This document shows positions 16,181 to 26,797 of a stretch of 64,000 bases of DNA, piece after piece. Both the position numbers and the translations under genes were made by a program. The stretch's first letter is position 1. The number at the start of each line of letters is the position of its first letter. A model generated the notes under the pieces. The model saw only the letters and a program-made list of their open reading frames with translations, had not been told where the DNA came from and ran no database searches. The DNA comes from Candidatus Calditenuis fumarioli (GTDB lineage Archaea; Thermoproteota; Nitrososphaeria_A; Caldarchaeales; Calditenuaceae): assembly GCA_030059665.1 (NCBI GenBank), contig JANVYR010000001.1:320001-384000 (forward strand). Direction: 5' to 3'.

Positions 16181-16609
16181 ATGGACCTGCTCGAGCTGAG
16201 GCCGAGGCTGGTGAGGCTCGACCAGCTGAGGGAGCACGAGCAGCACATCCCAGAGCACCTGGAGGAGCTGCTTCAGGAGATCCTCAGGGACGGGGTGCTG
16301 AAGAGGCCGATACTCGTGGACGAGAGGACGATGATCATCATCGACGGCCACCACAGGTACAACTGCATGAAGCGCCTCGGCAAGAGGTACATCCCGGCCT
16401 ACCTCATCGACTACATGAGGGAGGAGATCGTGGTGGAGCCCTGGGACGGGAAACCGCCGGTCACGAAGGAGGACGTGATCAGGGCCGGTCTTACGGGGAT
16501 GAGGCTCCCGCCCAAGTCCTCGAAGCACATGGTCAGGATAGGGGGAGAGCTCCATCACGTGACGTACATCGAGAGGGAGAACCCGACCCCGCTGGACCAG
16601 ATACCCTGA
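16181..16609 (+). CDS. ParB/Srx-fold protein, SerK-like
   Basis: LREHEQ, RPILVD, IIDGHHR, RLG.RYIPAYLIDY. Start placed at ATG 16181. Confidence 0.8.
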   Translation: MDLLELRPRLVRLDQLREHEQHIPEHLEELLQEILRDGVLKRPILVDERTMIIIDGHHRYNCMKRLGKRYIPAYLIDYMREEIVVEPWDGKPPVTKEDVIRAGLTGMRLPPKSSKHMVRIGGELHHVTYIERENPTPLDQIP

Positions 16610-16616
16610 GCGGGTC

Positions 16617-17714
16617 TCAGCTGATGCTCTTGACCGCCTCCCTCAGCTCTTCCGCGTTCCTCACGAGGATTATGCCGTTCCGCGCCACGAGGTCCCTGTA
16701 CTGCTCGACCTTCTCCCTGAGGTCCGCCATCATGTCCCTGAGGACCTCGAAGAGGTACTGCTTGATCTCGCCGCTCAGCATCCTGCCAGAGCCGTACTCC
16801 TCTCTTATCCTCTCCAGCTCCCTGTCGTTCATCAGGACGAAGCGGAGTATCTGGTAGGGAACGTCAACTTCCAGGTCCGCGCCCAGCTTCCTGTGGACCT
16901 CTATCGGCTCCCTCCCTCCTGAGAAGGCCTTGAAGACCTTCCTCCTGAGCTCGGCCATGTCGTCCTCCGGCAGGAAGATCGCCGAGAGAGGCTCGCTCTT
17001 GCTCATCTTCCCCTCACCCTTCAGGCTCGGTACGTCCCTGATGTAGGCCCCGATGATCGGCCTGAAGTCGAAGTGAGGCGTCCTCCTGACGTAGTCCCTC
17101 GCCAGCCTGAGGTGCGGGTCCTGGTCCAGCCCGACCGGGATCACTCCTGGAAGGCCCTGGAAGGCGAGCTGGGGGAAGAGCACGTCGCCTATCTGGTAGA
17201 GGCTCGAGACGATCCTCGATGGCTCCGCGTTGCCGTAAACGGCCCTGAACTCGTTGAGCGTGATCTCCCTCGCGGCGTCCGCGGCTATCCTGTGGACGTC
17301 TATGTTGTCCGACTGGAAGTAGAAGACCGTCCTCTCGGGGTCTATTCCCAGCGCCAGATACGTGGGGATGTGGTACTCCAGCGCTATCCTCCTGCCGTCC
17401 TTGAGGCTGACGTTCCTCGTCGCCAGCGACTCGAGGTCCGCGACCAGCAGGACCGTGAACCTCGCCCGCTCGGCGAAGCACCTCACCGACTCGATCACGG
17501 CCATGGTTCCCAGGTGGATCCTCTCGGAGGAGGGCATGATTCCGGTCAGCACGTAGTAGTTGGAGGTCCTGAGGGCCTCGAGGAGCTCCTCCTTGGTCCT
17601 CGCGGAGAAGATTATCCTGCGCCTCACGTACGGGTGGTTCAGCGGAAGCTCTGAGGGTTCGAGCTCTGTCAGGCCGAACTCCTCGAGCAGCTTCTGCTCC
17701 CTGGTTCCCGCCAC
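16617..17714 (-). CDS. trpS: Tryptophanyl-tRNA synthetase
   Basis: TGIMPS...IHLG, PVGLDQDPH, GKMSKS. Start probably GTG 17714 rather than 17945. Confidence 0.9.
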   Translation of the reverse strand: MAGTREQKLLEEFGLTELEPSELPLNHPYVRRRIIFSARTKEELLEALRTSNYYVLTGIMPSSERIHLGTMAVIESVRCFAERARFTVLLVADLESLATRNVSLKDGRRIALEYHIPTYLALGIDPERTVFYFQSDNIDVHRIAADAAREITLNEFRAVYGNAEPSRIVSSLYQIGDVLFPQLAFQGLPGVIPVGLDQDPHLRLARDYVRRTPHFDFRPIIGAYIRDVPSLKGEGKMSKSEPLSAIFLPEDDMAELRRKVFKAFSGGREPIEVHRKLGADLEVDVPYQILRFVLMNDRELERIREEYGSGRMLSGEIKQYLFEVLRDMMADLREKVEQYRDLVARNGIILVRNAEELREAVKSIS

Positions 17715-17924
17715 AATACCGGATCCCTCGCGTCGGTGCAACATCTCCTGGATAATAAACCTCGTGAAATGGGATCGGGATAGGACCGGCATTCCCTGCA
17801 GCTGGACTGCTCGACGTGATGGGTGGGGCCGATGCGAAACGCTGTCCACGAGCTGATTCCTGACGGCCGGAGGGAGAACGGGGATGGGGTTTTTAGAACC
17901 GTTAAGCTCCACGGGAAGAAAGAC

Positions 17925-18896
17925 ATGACGGAGCTGGTGGTTCACGTCTCGGGGGCCCTACCGAGGTCCGAGGAGCTCTTCGCCCTGCTCAGGAGGCATG
18001 CGCGGGGCAGGGCCACTTGGGAGGACGTCAGGGGAGCCGCACGGGAGGAGTCCTCGGGATGGGTGAGGTTCCAGAAGGAGCTGGGCTTCGACCTGATCGC
18101 TGACCCGATGCTGCTCTGGCACGACCATTTCAGGCCCTTCGCGGAGCGCTGGTCCGGGGTGGAGGTGAACGGGCTGGCCAGGTGGTTCGACAACAACGTC
18201 TTCTACCGCGTCCCGGTCTTCAAGGGTAGGCCGGGGAGCAGGGGCGGTGTCCTGCGGGACTACCTCTTCCCGGAGCAGCTGGTGGGGTGCCGGGTCAAGC
18301 TGATCCTGCCGGAGCCCTTCACGATGGTGGCGCTGTCCGAGCGCAGGGTCGAGGTGGACCCCGGAGAGCTCGCGGTCGAAGTGGCCCGTTTGCTGGCCTT
18401 CGAGGTCAGGCAGTTCGTGAGGGAGACGGGCGTCTCGGTCGAGATGGTCCAGCTCTCGGCGCCGTACGTCGTCTCCCGGAGGCTGGGGGACAGGGAGGCG
18501 GAGGCCGTCTCCGAGTCCGTCAGGGCGTTGAGGGAGGGGACTGGGACGAGGGTTCTGCTGCACACCTTCTTCTACCCTCTATCGAACGCATCCGACTGGA
18601 TCGCCGACTCGGGCGCTGACGTGGTCGGGTTCGACGCCACGGTGACCTCCGCAGAAGAGGTCCTCAGCACCGGTTTGAGGGGCGAGATAGCCGTGGGGAT
18701 AGTCGACTCGAGGAGCAGCAGGGTCGAGCGGCCTGATGAGGTGATGGGGCTGCTCGGGAGGCTCGTAGAAGCGGGCTTCAGCAGGATCCACCTGACCACG
18801 ACGACCGACCTGGACTACGTCCCTCCCCAGGTGGCGCGCGCCAAGCTGGAGGCGCTCAGGGAGATAAGGGCGGCCTACTCCGGGAGACGGAGATGA
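17925..18896 (+). CDS. MetE N-terminal-barrel-like protein (partner of split cobalamin-independent methionine synthase)
   Basis: G.LPRSEEL, DPMLLWHDHFRP, RWFDNNVFYRVP; stop overlaps the start of the next gene. Confidence 0.8.
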   Translation: MTELVVHVSGALPRSEELFALLRRHARGRATWEDVRGAAREESSGWVRFQKELGFDLIADPMLLWHDHFRPFAERWSGVEVNGLARWFDNNVFYRVPVFKGRPGSRGGVLRDYLFPEQLVGCRVKLILPEPFTMVALSERRVEVDPGELAVEVARLLAFEVRQFVRETGVSVEMVQLSAPYVVSRRLGDREAEAVSESVRALREGTGTRVLLHTFFYPLSNASDWIADSGADVVGFDATVTSAEEVLSTGLRGEIAVGIVDSRSSRVERPDEVMGLLGRLVEAGFSRIHLTTTTDLDYVPPQVARAKLEALREIRAAYSGRRR

Positions 18897-20020
18897 GCGA
18901 GCTGTTCAGGACGCAGGAGGTCGGATCGCTGTCGAGGGCGCCGTTCGCGAAGAAGCTGGGATCTCCCGAGTCCGCGGAGGAGGCGCTGTACTGGGGGAAG
19001 TTGCTGAGGGTCGAGGGCCACGAGGAGCTGTACAACGCACTGCGCTCCGGAAGCATCACGCAGGAGCAGCTGATCGACTGGGCCTCCCTCTACGGGATCA
19101 GGTTCCACGAGGCGGCCGGACTCGACGTGGTCTACGACGGCGAGCAGCGAAGGGTCGAGATGTACGAGCACCTGATCTCAAGGGTTGAGAACGCGGTCAT
19201 TCTGGGAAGGGTCAAGGTGTGGGACGCGGAGACGTACAGGAAGGCCGCCATTGTCGGCGTACCCAGGCTGAGGGAACACGCCTACCTCGACGAGTTCCTC
19301 TTCGTCAAGTCCAAGGCGCGGAGGGAGGTGAAGGTGCCCGTCACGGGGCCCTACACGCTGATGGACTGGAGCTACGACGAGTTCTACATCCAGCGTCAGG
19401 CCGTGAGCCTGGGACCGCTGGAGCGCAGGAGGAGGGCCAGGGAGGAGCTGCTGTATGACCTAGTGGAGAACGTGATCAGGCCCGAGCTGAGGGCGCTGGT
19501 CGATGCCGGTGCGAGGAGGATCCAGATAGACGAGCCTGCGCTCACAACGAAACCCGACGAGGTGAGGCTCTACGTGGACGCCTTCAACGAGATGGTAAAG
19601 GGGCTCGGAGCGACCTTCACGCTCCACGTCTGCTACAGCGACTACTCCAAGCTTTTCCCCCACATAGCCGAGATGAAGGTCCACGAGTTCTCGATTGAGT
19701 GCGCGAACCGGGACACGTTGTCTCCGGGCTTAAGCGAAGAAATGAGGAAGGGCTACTCGGTCCTGAAGCTCTTCAGGGAGCACTCGGTCAAGGCGAAGGT
19801 CGCACCCGGGGTGACGGACGTCCACACCGACTTCATCGAGCCCCCGGAGCTGGTGAGGGACAGGCTGCTTTATGCCGCGAAGCTGCTCGATGACCCGGCA
19901 CAGGTGATCGCCTGCCACGACTGCGGCCTCAGGACGCGCAGGTGGGAGGTGGCCTTCGAGAAGGAGAGGGTTCTGGTGAAAGGGGCCATGCTGGCGAGGC
20001 GGGAGTTCTCCGGAAGCTAA
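18893..20020 (+). CDS. metE: Cobalamin-independent methionine synthase, catalytic barrel
   Basis: EVGSL, DGEQRR, VTGPYT, IQIDEP, Zn ligands HVCY and DCG. Confidence 0.92.
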   Translation: MSELFRTQEVGSLSRAPFAKKLGSPESAEEALYWGKLLRVEGHEELYNALRSGSITQEQLIDWASLYGIRFHEAAGLDVVYDGEQRRVEMYEHLISRVENAVILGRVKVWDAETYRKAAIVGVPRLREHAYLDEFLFVKSKARREVKVPVTGPYTLMDWSYDEFYIQRQAVSLGPLERRRRAREELLYDLVENVIRPELRALVDAGARRIQIDEPALTTKPDEVRLYVDAFNEMVKGLGATFTLHVCYSDYSKLFPHIAEMKVHEFSIECANRDTLSPGLSEEMRKGYSVLKLFREHSVKAKVAPGVTDVHTDFIEPPELVRDRLLYAAKLLDDPAQVIACHDCGLRTRRWEVAFEKERVLVKGAMLARREFSGS

Positions 20021-20066
20021 GCTTATCCGCGACCGGGGACGTCTCAGACCGGTGTCCGGCCGGGGG

Positions 20067-20165
20067 TTGGTGTTCGGGTCCAGGGAGTGGTTCGAGGAGT
20101 TCGTGTGCGCTGAACAGCGACGAGGAGTACGCGAAGGCCGCAAGGAACTGGAAGGACCCAGAACG
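20067..20165 (+). pseudogene. Frameshifted N-terminal remnant resembling an SCP2/sterol-carrier-like protein
   Basis: LVFGSREWFEEFVC, then one extra base, then LNSDEEYAKAARNWK. Confidence 0.4.
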
Positions 20166-20208
20166 ATCACAGGTATCGAGTCCGCATAAGCCGCGTAGAC
20201 ACCAGGGA

Positions 20209-20463
20209 TCAGGTCCGCCGCACCGGCCCCACGGTCCAGTAGCAGGCCGCCGGTCTCCCCGTGACCCTGAAGTGGGCGTCAGCCATGTGCGCAGCGGCTT
20301 GCTCACGCCTGGTCGTGATGAACTCGAGCCCCTTCCGCCTTCCTATCCGGTGAACGGCGTCCAGGAAAGGTAGGCTCCTGTCACCTGGGATTCCGAAGAC
20401 GTATCTGATCCTCTCCCTCAGCGGACACTCGACGAGGGCCTCACAGCCCGAGAGTCTGACCAA
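20209..20463 (-). pseudogene. N-terminal fragment of a TPP-dependent enzyme (acetolactate synthase family)
   Basis: GCEALV, VFGIPG, RREQAAAHMADA (degenerate RHEQ), RVTGRP, TVGP; stops after 84 aa. Confidence 0.8.
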
Positions 20464-20517
20464 ACCCCTCGAAGTTCAATCGGCGAAGACCGGGATAACG
20501 CCTTCGAGGCCCTTCGG

Positions 20518-20979
20518 TCACTTGGTGGCCTTTCGGGCCACCCCCACGGGTCCTCCCTTCCTCCCGGTGGTCCTGGTCCGCTGACCCCTGACCTTGAGGC
20601 CGAGCATGTGCCTGACGCCCCTCCAGGACTTGATCCTCTTCTCGCGCTCGATGTCCTCGCGCATGGTGAGGTTCAGCTCAGGCCCGACGAGGTGCATGTC
20701 CTTACCCGTGACCGGGTCTTTGCGCCTGTTCCACATCCAAACCGGTATGCCGTACTTCCCAGGGTTCGTTATCGCGTCCTCGAGCAGCTCGAGCTGCTTA
20801 TCGGTCAGCTGTCCGAGCCTGGTCATCGGATCTATCCCCACGGCCCTGGTAACAGCGTAGGCGAAGTTGATGCCGACACCGTAGATCTTGGCCAGCGCGA
20901 ATGGGACGTGCTTGGTCCCGTCGAGGTCAGTACCGAGCAGCCTCACGATCAGCCGCGTCTCCCTCTGCTGTGCGGACAT
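20518..20979 (-). CDS. rps13: 30S ribosomal protein S13 (uS13)
   Basis: LAKIYGVG, PVWMWNRRKDPVTG, SWRGVRHMLGLKVRGQRTRTTGR. Confidence 0.97.
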   Translation of the reverse strand: MSAQQRETRLIVRLLGTDLDGTKHVPFALAKIYGVGINFAYAVTRAVGIDPMTRLGQLTDKQLELLEDAITNPGKYGIPVWMWNRRKDPVTGKDMHLVGPELNLTMREDIEREKRIKSWRGVRHMLGLKVRGQRTRTTGRKGGPVGVARKATK

Positions 20980-21093
20980 CCTTCACGCTCTGGGTCCAGG
21001 TCACAATAAATCCATTTCGGGCACAGGGCCCTTGAGGCGGAGCCGCGAACGGACTCTCCGGTTAATATCGGTCCGAGCTGATCAGGGGAAGGG

Positions 21094-21360
21094 TTGAAGG
21101 AGCTACCGGTTTACATGATCAAGTGCGGCGTGGCGGTCGTCATCGGCTACGTCTCCGCGCTGGTGACCGTGCTCTCCCACTGGGCCCTTACCCTCCCCAT
21201 AGCCGTGGCTGCATACGTCGCTGTAACGCTGGCCCTCATGGGCCCCATGCTGAGGGACGAGCCGAACATGACCAACAGGAGGGCTTGGACGGTGGGTGTG
21301 GGTGCTTACACCGCCTTCTGGCTGCTGAGCTGGCTGGCGTTCTACAACGCCCTGCTCTGA
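21094..21360 (+). CDS. Small membrane protein, EMC6/Rab5ip-like
   Basis: Three TM helices; C-terminal GVGAYTAFWLLSWLAFYN pattern. Confidence 0.55.
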   Translation: MKELPVYMIKCGVAVVIGYVSALVTVLSHWALTLPIAVAAYVAVTLALMGPMLRDEPNMTNRRAWTVGVGAYTAFWLLSWLAFYNALL

Positions 21361-21370
21361 TCCGCCTGGG

Positions 21371-21778
21371 TCACCCGGTCTGGTCGAGCCTCTGCTGCCT
21401 ATCCTCTTGAGCGCCCCTGAACCTGTGCGGTGTCGGCAGCTTGTCGAAGTTCCTCAAGATCACCTCCCAGACCTCCACCACCGGCGAGCGGGAGTCGTCG
21501 AAGGAGAGGTCGGTCTCCGCCATCGCCTTGACGAACGACTCGAGCTCCTTCTTCGGGTCATCGGAGGAGTAGACCCGATGGAGCAATGAAGTCCTGTCAT
21601 CGGTTGTGTACGACAGGAGTATGCCCTTCAGGACCGTGACGTATCCGTTCAGCTCTGTCCCCCTCGAGCGCTTCTCCATGCCCTCGATCATCCTCTCCGC
21701 GTCGGAGATCTTGCCCTCGAAGAGGAGCTGGAGGAACCTGACTACCTGCCTCTCCACCCTCTCGTCCAAGGACCTCAC
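21371..21778 (-). CDS. Hypothetical protein
   Basis: Overlaps the radA stop; host-like codon usage. Confidence 0.65.
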   Translation of the reverse strand: MRSLDERVERQVVRFLQLLFEGKISDAERMIEGMEKRSRGTELNGYVTVLKGILLSYTTDDRTSLLHRVYSSDDPKKELESFVKAMAETDLSFDDSRSPVVEVWEVILRNFDKLPTPHRFRGAQEDRQQRLDQTG

Positions 21779-22815
21779 CTCCGCCTGTGGCTCTCCTCCC
21801 TTTCCTCCTCCTCGACGTCCTCTATCCCGTTCTCGGTGATCTTGATCAGCGCCTCGCCCTCGGGGAGGTACGGGCTGGAGACGAGCCTGACGATCCTGAA
21901 GTTCTTCCCGGCGGTCTTCCGGATGAAGAGCCTGGTGTGGCTGGTGTGGCCGACCACGTGCCCTCCGACCGGGGCCACGGCCATCGGCGAGAAGAACTCG
22001 TCGGGCCTGGCCATCACCTGGTTCGTCACCACAGCCGCTGCGTTGAAGGCCCTCGCGAGCCTCAGGAGGCGGTGCATGTGCTTGTTCAGCTTCTGCTGCC
22101 GCTCGGCGAGCATCTCCCTCCCGATGTACTCGCTCCTGAAGTGGGCCGTGAGGGAGTCGATGACGATCAGCTTCACGTTGTTCTCCTTGATCACCCTGTC
22201 CGCCTTCTCCAGCAGGAGGATCTGGTGGTCGCTGTTGTACGCCTCGGCGTAGATGATGTTCTCGAGCACCTTATCCGGGTCGAGGCCGAGGTGCTTCGCC
22301 ATCTGCTCTATCCGCTCGGTCCTGAAGGTGTTCTCGGTATCGATGTACAGCGCCGCGCCCTCGAGCCCTCCCCGGTCATAGGGGAGCTGCACGTTCACCG
22401 CGAGCTGATGGCACATCTGGCTCTTGCCCGAACCGAACTCGCCGAAGAACTCGGTGATGGCCTGGGTCTCTATGCCGCCGCCGATGAGGGCGTCGAGCGC
22501 CTTGCTCCCGGTGGTGAGGCGCCGAACCCCGCTCCTGTACTTGATCAGCTCTTTAGCCGTCACCCAGGAGATCTCTATCGATTCCCTCGCCAGCTCGATC
22601 AGCTCCGCAGCCCTCTTCTCGCTGATCCCCGCCGCCTCGAGCTCGCTGATCGTGGCGGTCGCCAGCGCCTCTATCGTCGAGAAACCTATCTCCCTCAGCT
22701 TCTCGGCCGTTGCGGGCCCGACGCCGGGCAGCTCCGAGATGTCGGTGTAGACCTGGTGCCTCGCCTTCTCCCGGTCCTTCTCCTCCCTCTCCTTTTCCTT
22801 CTCCTTCTGGGGCAT
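21775..22815 (-). CDS. radA: DNA repair and recombination protein RadA
   Basis: Hh[40 protein letters not shown]. Confidence 0.98.
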   Translation of the reverse strand: MPQKEKEKEREEKDREKARHQVYTDISELPGVGPATAEKLREIGFSTIEALATATISELEAAGISEKRAAELIELARESIEISWVTAKELIKYRSGVRRLTTGSKALDALIGGGIETQAITEFFGEFGSGKSQMCHQLAVNVQLPYDRGGLEGAALYIDTENTFRTERIEQMAKHLGLDPDKVLENIIYAEAYNSDHQILLLEKADRVIKENNVKLIVIDSLTAHFRSEYIGREMLAERQQKLNKHMHRLLRLARAFNAAAVVTNQVMARPDEFFSPMAVAPVGGHVVGHTSHTRLFIRKTAGKNFRIVRLVSSPYLPEGEALIKITENGIEDVEEEEREESHRRR

Positions 22816-22941
22816 TCCTGACCGGAAATCCCCGGCCCGTAGATATAACGCTACTTCGCCCTCGTCCCTGCGGATGGACTCGTTAACACCCTCCGATCGA
22901 CGGGATTTGGCTTAAATTATCCGGCGGGGGAGTGGACTCCG

Positions 22942-23307
22942 ATGTCTTCAGGAGAGCTGCCGATGAGCGTCCAGCAGCAGCTGGCCAGGCTGCAGCAGCT
23001 TCAGCAGACCCTCAGCGTGCTCATATCCGAGAAGCAGAGGGTTCAGGCGGAGCTCGAGGAGATCAAGCTGGCGCTGGAGGAGCTGTCGAAGGCCGACGAG
23101 CAGGTGGTGGTCTACAAGGCGGTGGGGCCGCTGCTGGTCCAGACGACCAAGGAGAAGGTCATGGCGGAGCTGACCGAGAAGAGGGACCTGAACGACACGA
23201 GGCTCAAGGTGCTCGAGAAGCAGGAGGCAAGGACCAGGACCCAGATCTCGGAGCTCCAGAAGCAGCTGCAGTCGGCCATCTCGGGGAGGCGCGTAGAGGA
23301 GTCGTGA
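22942..23307 (+). CDS. pfdB: Prefoldin beta subunit
   Basis: Two coiled-coil helices around VYKAVGPLLVQ. Confidence 0.93.
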   Translation: MSSGELPMSVQQQLARLQQLQQTLSVLISEKQRVQAELEEIKLALEELSKADEQVVVYKAVGPLLVQTTKEKVMAELTEKRDLNDTRLKVLEKQEARTRTQISELQKQLQSAISGRRVEES

Positions 23308-24347
23308 CCACCGGCTCCGGCGGGCTTGAGGCCCTGATACGGTCGAGGGCGTTCGTCTCCTCCGTCTCCGAGAGGCTCTCCCAGCTCCGGGGGAGAAAGG
23401 TCAGCGTGCTCACCCACGTGGGCGGTGACCAGGACGCGATCGCCGCTGCCTTCGTCCTCGGGAACCTCCTCATGGACGCCTACGGGGCCTCGGCCGTCGA
23501 GGGCGTTCACGTGCCCGGCGAGGTCTCTGACCACTCCGAGCGATTCGCGTCCGCCCTCTCGATACCCCTGATCCCCAGCCTCCCGGAGGCCGATCACTAC
23601 GTGGCAGTCGACGTGGGGTCGCCTGCACAGCTCGGAGAGGCGTTGCCCGCGGTATCAGGCAGGGTCACGGTGATCGACCACCATCAGCCAGGTGATCGAT
23701 GGCCCGAGGGCTTCGAGGTCCTGACGGCTCCCGAGTACAAGTCGAGCTCGGAGATCGTGTTGGACCTCTCCCTGCTGATGGCGAGACCTCTGGACGCGAG
23801 GGAAGCAACCGCCCTCTTCTTCGGAATGTACTACGACACGGTGAGGCTGACGGTGGCCGACGCGCTGGTCCTACGGAAGGTCGGGATCCTCGGTGAGTAC
23901 GGTGCTGAGCCATCGGTCCACTCCGAGTCGCTCGAGGTGCCGCCGGACTACTCAGAACGGGTCGCTCGGCTGAAGGGCCTCAAGCGTTCATCGCTGTTCA
24001 GAGCGGAGAACGTGATCATCGCCGTCACCCGGGTCGGAGCCTTCCGGTCCTCCGTCGCGAGGACCCTGATTCTTGCGGGTGCGGGGATAGCGGTGGTTGG
24101 CGACGAGTCGAACGGCGTCACGGACGTCGTCTTCAGGGTCTCTCCCGAGGTGATCAGGACCTACTCGGTCAACGTGGTCAAGGACGTCATCGAACCGCTC
24201 ACCGCGAAGCTCGGGGGTCAGGGAGGGGGACACGCGGCAGCTGCGAGGGTGAGGGTTCCGGCGGCCTTCGATGAGGTGGTCTCGAGGTGCCTTGAGCTCC
24301 TGGGGTACGCGCTGGGGAGTCACGTCAGGCCGATCGAGGATCAGTGA
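23304..24347 (+). CDS. DHH-family phosphoesterase
   Basis: THVGGDQDA, VDV, VIDHH, YYDT, GGGHAAAA. GTG start overlaps the pfdB stop. Confidence 0.88.
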   Translation: MTTGSGGLEALIRSRAFVSSVSERLSQLRGRKVSVLTHVGGDQDAIAAAFVLGNLLMDAYGASAVEGVHVPGEVSDHSERFASALSIPLIPSLPEADHYVAVDVGSPAQLGEALPAVSGRVTVIDHHQPGDRWPEGFEVLTAPEYKSSSEIVLDLSLLMARPLDAREATALFFGMYYDTVRLTVADALVLRKVGILGEYGAEPSVHSESLEVPPDYSERVARLKGLKRSSLFRAENVIIAVTRVGAFRSSVARTLILAGAGIAVVGDESNGVTDVVFRVSPEVIRTYSVNVVKDVIEPLTAKLGGQGGGHAAAARVRVPAAFDEVVSRCLELLGYALGSHVRPIEDQ

Positions 24348-25192
24348 TGAGGGCGATCGAGGTAAGGGACCTCGGCTTCCGGTACGAGGGCTCCCAGGAC
24401 TGGGCGCTCATGGACGTCAGCCTGGAGGTTGAGAGCGGCGAGCTGGTCCTCGTCCTCGGCTCCACCGGCTCCGGCAAGTCGACCCTCCTCAGGTGCCTGA
24501 TCGGCCTCATCCCGCACTTCTACTCCGGAGATTACAGGGGAACCGTCAGGGTGATGGGGATGGAGGTGGCATCGACGCCGGTCCACAGGCTCGCGACGCG
24601 GGTGGGCATGGTCTTCCAGAACCCCGAGACGCAGATCTTCTCTACCTCGGTCGAGTCCGAGATCGCCTTTCCCCTGGAGAACCTCGGCCTCCCTCGGGAC
24701 GAGATGGAGAGGAGGGTGGAGTGGGCTCTGAAGCGCTTCGGGCTCGAGGGGCTCCGGCGGAGGAACCCAGCTGAGCTCTCAGGAGGACAGAAGCAGAGGC
24801 TCGCGATCGCCACGGTGACGGCCATGGGACCCGATGTGCTGCTGCTCGACGAACCCACATCGATGCTCGATCCCCTGTCAGCAAAGGAGGTGCTCGAGCT
24901 GGTGGTGGAGCTCTGCAGAGAAGAGGGGAAGACGGTGCTGGTCTCGGAGCACAGGACCGACCTGCTCGCTCCCCACGCTGACAGGGTGCTCGCCTTCGCC
25001 GGCGGCCGCTTGGTCTACGACGGAGATCCCCGTGGGTTCTTCTCCGAGCAGAGGCTCAGCGAATTATCGGTTCCGAGGGTCGTGGAGCTCTACTGGATGC
25101 TGAGGAGCTCGTGTCGCCTCGAAGGGCCGGTTCCCCTGACGCCGGAGGAACTCGAGTCGCTGATCTCCAGATGGATCGGTTCGGGTGCTTAG
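24344..25192 (+). CDS. ecfA: ECF transporter ATPase subunit
   Basis: GSTGSGKST, VFQNP, LSGGQKQR, LLDEPT. Confidence 0.93.
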   Translation: MMRAIEVRDLGFRYEGSQDWALMDVSLEVESGELVLVLGSTGSGKSTLLRCLIGLIPHFYSGDYRGTVRVMGMEVASTPVHRLATRVGMVFQNPETQIFSTSVESEIAFPLENLGLPRDEMERRVEWALKRFGLEGLRRRNPAELSGGQKQRLAIATVTAMGPDVLLLDEPTSMLDPLSAKEVLELVVELCREEGKTVLVSEHRTDLLAPHADRVLAFAGGRLVYDGDPRGFFSEQRLSELSVPRVVELYWMLRSSCRLEGPVPLTPEELESLISRWIGSGA

Positions 25193-25197
25193 GGCCT

Positions 25198-26034
25198 TTG
25201 ATCGAGCTCAGGTCGGTCTCCTACACCTATCCTGCCGGGGTCAGGGCCGTGGTGGACGTTGACCTCGAGGTGAGGGAGGGCGAGGTCGTCGCGGTGATGG
25301 GAGGGAACGGTGCCGGGAAGACGACGCTCCTGAAGCTGATGGTCGGCCTGCTCAAGCCGAGCGCGGGATCGGTGCTGGTGGACGGGCTCGACACGAGGAG
25401 CACACCCCTCAGCAGGATCGCGAGGCTTGTGGGGTACGTCCCCCAGATCGCCGACTCGCTCTTCTTCCTTCCGACGGTGGAGGAGGAGATGACGTACGCG
25501 CTAAGGAACTTCAAGATCGAGAACGGTGCCGAAAGGGCACGGGAGCTCCTTAGAGCCTTCGGGCTCGAGGGAACCGAGAAGAGGTCTCCCTTCACGCTGA
25601 GCGGAGGTCAGAAGAAGAGGCTCTCGATCGCCGTTGTTCTCTCCTGGGACCCGAAGTACGTCCTCCTCGACGAGCCGACGCTGGGCCAGGACAAGGCAGG
25701 GAGGGAGGTGATGATGGGGATCGTAAGGCAGCTGAGCAGTCAGGGAAGGTCTCTGGTGATCGCGACGCACGACGTCGAGTTCGTCTCCGAGCTCTCGCCG
25801 CGCGTTGTGCTGATGGGAGGGGGCCGCGTGATCGCCGACGGAAGGGCTGAGGAGGTCCTGTCCGACGAGGAGCTCCTGAGGAAGGCGAGGGTCCTCCCTC
25901 CGCAGTCGGTTGCCATCTCCTCGAGGCTGGAGAGGTTTGGCGTGAAGCGCACCCCCAGCATAAGGGAGCTGCACGATCAGCTCAGGTCGCTCCTCTCCCG
26001 AGGGGGAGGTTGCAGTGAGTCTGGGACTCGGTGA
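25198..26034 (+). CDS. ecfA: ECF transporter second ATPase subunit
   Basis: GGNGAGKTT, LSGGQKKR, LLDEPT. Start placed at TTG 25198. Confidence 0.9.
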   Translation: MIELRSVSYTYPAGVRAVVDVDLEVREGEVVAVMGGNGAGKTTLLKLMVGLLKPSAGSVLVDGLDTRSTPLSRIARLVGYVPQIADSLFFLPTVEEEMTYALRNFKIENGAERARELLRAFGLEGTEKRSPFTLSGGQKKRLSIAVVLSWDPKYVLLDEPTLGQDKAGREVMMGIVRQLSSQGRSLVIATHDVEFVSELSPRVVLMGGGRVIADGRAEEVLSDEELLRKARVLPPQSVAISSRLERFGVKRTPSIRELHDQLRSLLSRGGGCSESGTR

Positions 26035-26797
26035 GCTGCTGAGGTTCAGGAGCGTCGAGAAGGGCGTCGCGTCCCTCGACCCTAGGGTGAAGCTCGCTCT
26101 CTCGGTCTACCTCTTCGCCCTCCCCGTGATTTACGACAGGCCGCCCGTCCTCTCGCTGGTCGCATCGGGATCGGTCCTCGCGGCGGTGACACTCTTCCTC
26201 GCGACGTTCGGCGAGGCCCGGAGGGTCGTTCGGACGGTGAGAGCGCTCGGGCCGTTCCTCGCCTTCGTGCTGTTGCTGAACGTCCTCAGCAGCCTCGCGT
26301 CCGGTTCCTCCCCGCTAACCTTAGAGTTCGCCCTCTCCAACGCGGCCCTCCTCCTCAGGTTCATCGCGGTCTTCACGTCCTTCTCCTTCTTCGTCCTCTC
26401 CACCTCTCCCGAGGACTTCGCCCAGGTCCTGAGGTGGATGAGGGTGCCGTACGACTACGCCTTCGCCTTGACGGCATCGATCAGGTTCGCGCCGCTCTTC
26501 CTCGAGGAGGTTCAGGAGGTGATCGACTCCCAGAGGCTGAGGGGAGTCAGCTACGAGACGAGGAACCCCGTCAAGCTCTTCAGGAACTACGTGAGGGCCT
26601 TCCTTCCCGTCACGGTAAACGCCATCATGCGCGCCTTCGAGATGGCAGAGGCCCTTGAGGTGAAGTGCTTCGGCGCGGTCGAGAAGAGGACCAGCTACAG
26701 GACGCTCAGGTCCCGGCCCAGGGACCACATAGTTCTGGCAGTGGCTACGCTCGTCTTCGCGGCTGCAGTCGCATTCAGGTACCTCTGGCCCCTGTGA
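26015..26797 (+). CDS. ecfT: ECF transporter transmembrane subunit
   Basis: LDPRVKL, TSPEDF..L, IRFAP, SQRLRG, ALEVKCF motifs. Confidence 0.9.
   Translation: MSLGLGELLRFRSVEKGVASLDPRVKLALSVYLFALPVIYDRPPVLSLVASGSVLAAVTLFLATFGEARRVVRTVRALGPFLAFVLLLNVLSSLASGSSPLTLEFALSNAALLLRFIAVFTSFSFFVLSTSPEDFAQVLRWMRVPYDYAFALTASIRFAPLFLEEVQEVIDSQRLRGVSYETRNPVKLFRNYVRAFLPVTVNAIMRAFEMAEALEVKCFGAVEKRTSYRTLRSRPRDHIVLAVATLVFAAAVAFRYLWPL

Noticed and set aside
17760-17880. Possible riboswitch upstream of the metE genes
   Set aside because: No recognisable SAM or cobalamin aptamer consensus.
17715-17945. N-terminal extension of trpS
   Set aside because: Overlaps the divergent promoter region and the metE-partner start; not TrpRS-like.
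22932-23303. Long N-terminal extension of the DHH ORF
   Set aside because: Alternate frame of the prefoldin gene; the real start is the GTG at 23304.
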